Virus record (IMG/VR): IMGVR_UViG_3300043409_000928
Location: 221,305-285,304 of that record
Reading direction: 5' to 3' (one strand)
Length of the DNA stretch: 64,000 nucleotides
Positions within the stretch are counted from its first letter, which is position 1. Every line of letters begins with the position of its first letter. Below the pieces are notes generated by a model. It was not told where the DNA came from. It worked only from the letters and a program-made list of their open reading frames with translations, and ran no database searches. A program made the translations under genes and the position numbers. Positions 63,467-64,000 of the stretch are shown here, piece by piece.

Positions 63467-63906
63467 TCTTCAACTCCAAACTGTTTCTTTGCACCTTCGA
63501 TAGTAAACAACTTGCTAGATGCAATTCCAGCAAATAGTGCCTGCTCATCAGCAGACAAAATCGGAATAGCACGGTCTTCAACTCCGAAATGTTGTTTAAT
63601 CTGCTCACCGATCATTCGACCTGTCCAAACAGGATGATCCTCACAAGTCTGCAACATTTCTCGAACAATCAACTCGGCGAACTTTTCGTACTGAAAATCA
63701 TCATAGTGAACACCATGAAGAAATTCAAATCTTGCTCCAGCCTCGATCATAAGTTCATCAATTCGTTCGTTCATTCTTCAACTCCGAAATATTGTTTAAT
63801 ACGATTCTGAACCTGTGTTGCCGCAGGATAAGTCAAATCTGAATTTTCCTCACGCAGAACATCACGCACACATTCTGTAGCATGAGCAACAATCAACTGG
63901 GCGAAC
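63345..63906. repeat. Repeats in FGVEE array: 18-mer at 63345, 63665, 63889; 26-mer at 63575, 63775
   Basis: acaatcaactcggcgaac x2 plus one-mismatch copy; tcttcaactccgaaat(g/a)ttgtttaat x2. Confidence 0.85.
63463..63774 (-). CDS. FGVEE-family small protein with duplicated C-terminus
   Basis: EKFAELIVREM..IKQHFGVED..KKQFGVEE. Confidence 0.7.
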   Translation of the reverse strand: MNERIDELMIEAGARFEFLHGVHYDDFQYEKFAELIVREMLQTCEDHPVWTGRMIGEQIKQHFGVEDRAIPILSADEQALFAGIASSKLFTIEGAKKQFGVEE

Positions 63907-63980
63907 TTTTCTGTATAATAATCCATCCAAACTACCGGCTCATCACCAGTAAAATGCTTGGTATCCTCAGTAGCATACAC
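63771..63980 (-). CDS. FGVEE-family small protein
   Basis: EKFAQLIV..IKQYFGVEE. Confidence 0.65.
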   Translation of the reverse strand: MYATEDTKHFTGDEPVVWMDYYTEKFAQLIVAHATECVRDVLREENSDLTYPAATQVQNRIKQYFGVEE

Positions 63981-64000
63981 TTTAGCACGTTCACATAATT

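Noticed and set aside
63212-63980. Diversity-generating retroelement TR/VR
   Set aside because: No reverse transcriptase in the window, and differences are not adenine-specific.
1-64000. CRISPR array, tRNA or rRNA genes
   Set aside because: No regularly spaced repeat-spacer array and no cloverleaf/TTCGA-type sequence noticed by eye; a tRNAscan run could still find atypical ones.
1-64000. Alternative genetic code
   Set aside because: Recognisable genes (clpA, uvsE, phoH, apt) are full length under code 11 and TAG/TGA act as normal stops.

Overview
Gene-dense, AT-rich segment of a large T4-like/jumbo dsDNA phage genome (standard genetic code; nearly all genes on the minus strand). The host is probably a betaproteobacterium, inferred from Tim44-, ErpA-, phasin- and DUF3563-like genes. 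Left to right: (1) 0.4-12.3 kb, putative internal-head/ejected proteins, including a 1898-aa and a 773-aa polyprotein built of enzyme modules (ParB-like, ART-like, GNAT, kinase, nucleotidyltransferase, GP88-like) joined by [LIV]-x-E linkers resembling prohead-protease sites. Four linkers share an almost invariant 16-bp DNA sequence (CAAGGTGTGGCGGAAG). (2) 12-21 kb, small early genes behind near-consensus sigma70 promoters, a candidate structured RNA, a phasin-like operon with a PhaR-type palindrome, and uvsE. (3) 21.5-34 kb, thioesterase, nitroreductase, subtilase and tail-fibre/structural genes. (4) 34-52 kb, ClpA, Def, DnaJ, spanins, IF1, PhoH, clamp loader, GroES, a DnaE fragment, ErpA, a radical SAM enzyme, Tim44, an aldolase, a QueD-like gene with a pseudoknot-like leader, an exonuclease and dCMP deaminase. 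(5) 52-64 kb, early small genes, HNH, 2OG-Fe(II) oxygenases, MTA/SAH nucleosidase plus APRT, and an FGVEE paralog array. No tRNA, rRNA or CRISPR array was seen. All family calls are from motif recognition by eye, without database searches. The top candidate novel system is a recombination-shuffled, protease-resolved effector cassette polyprotein.
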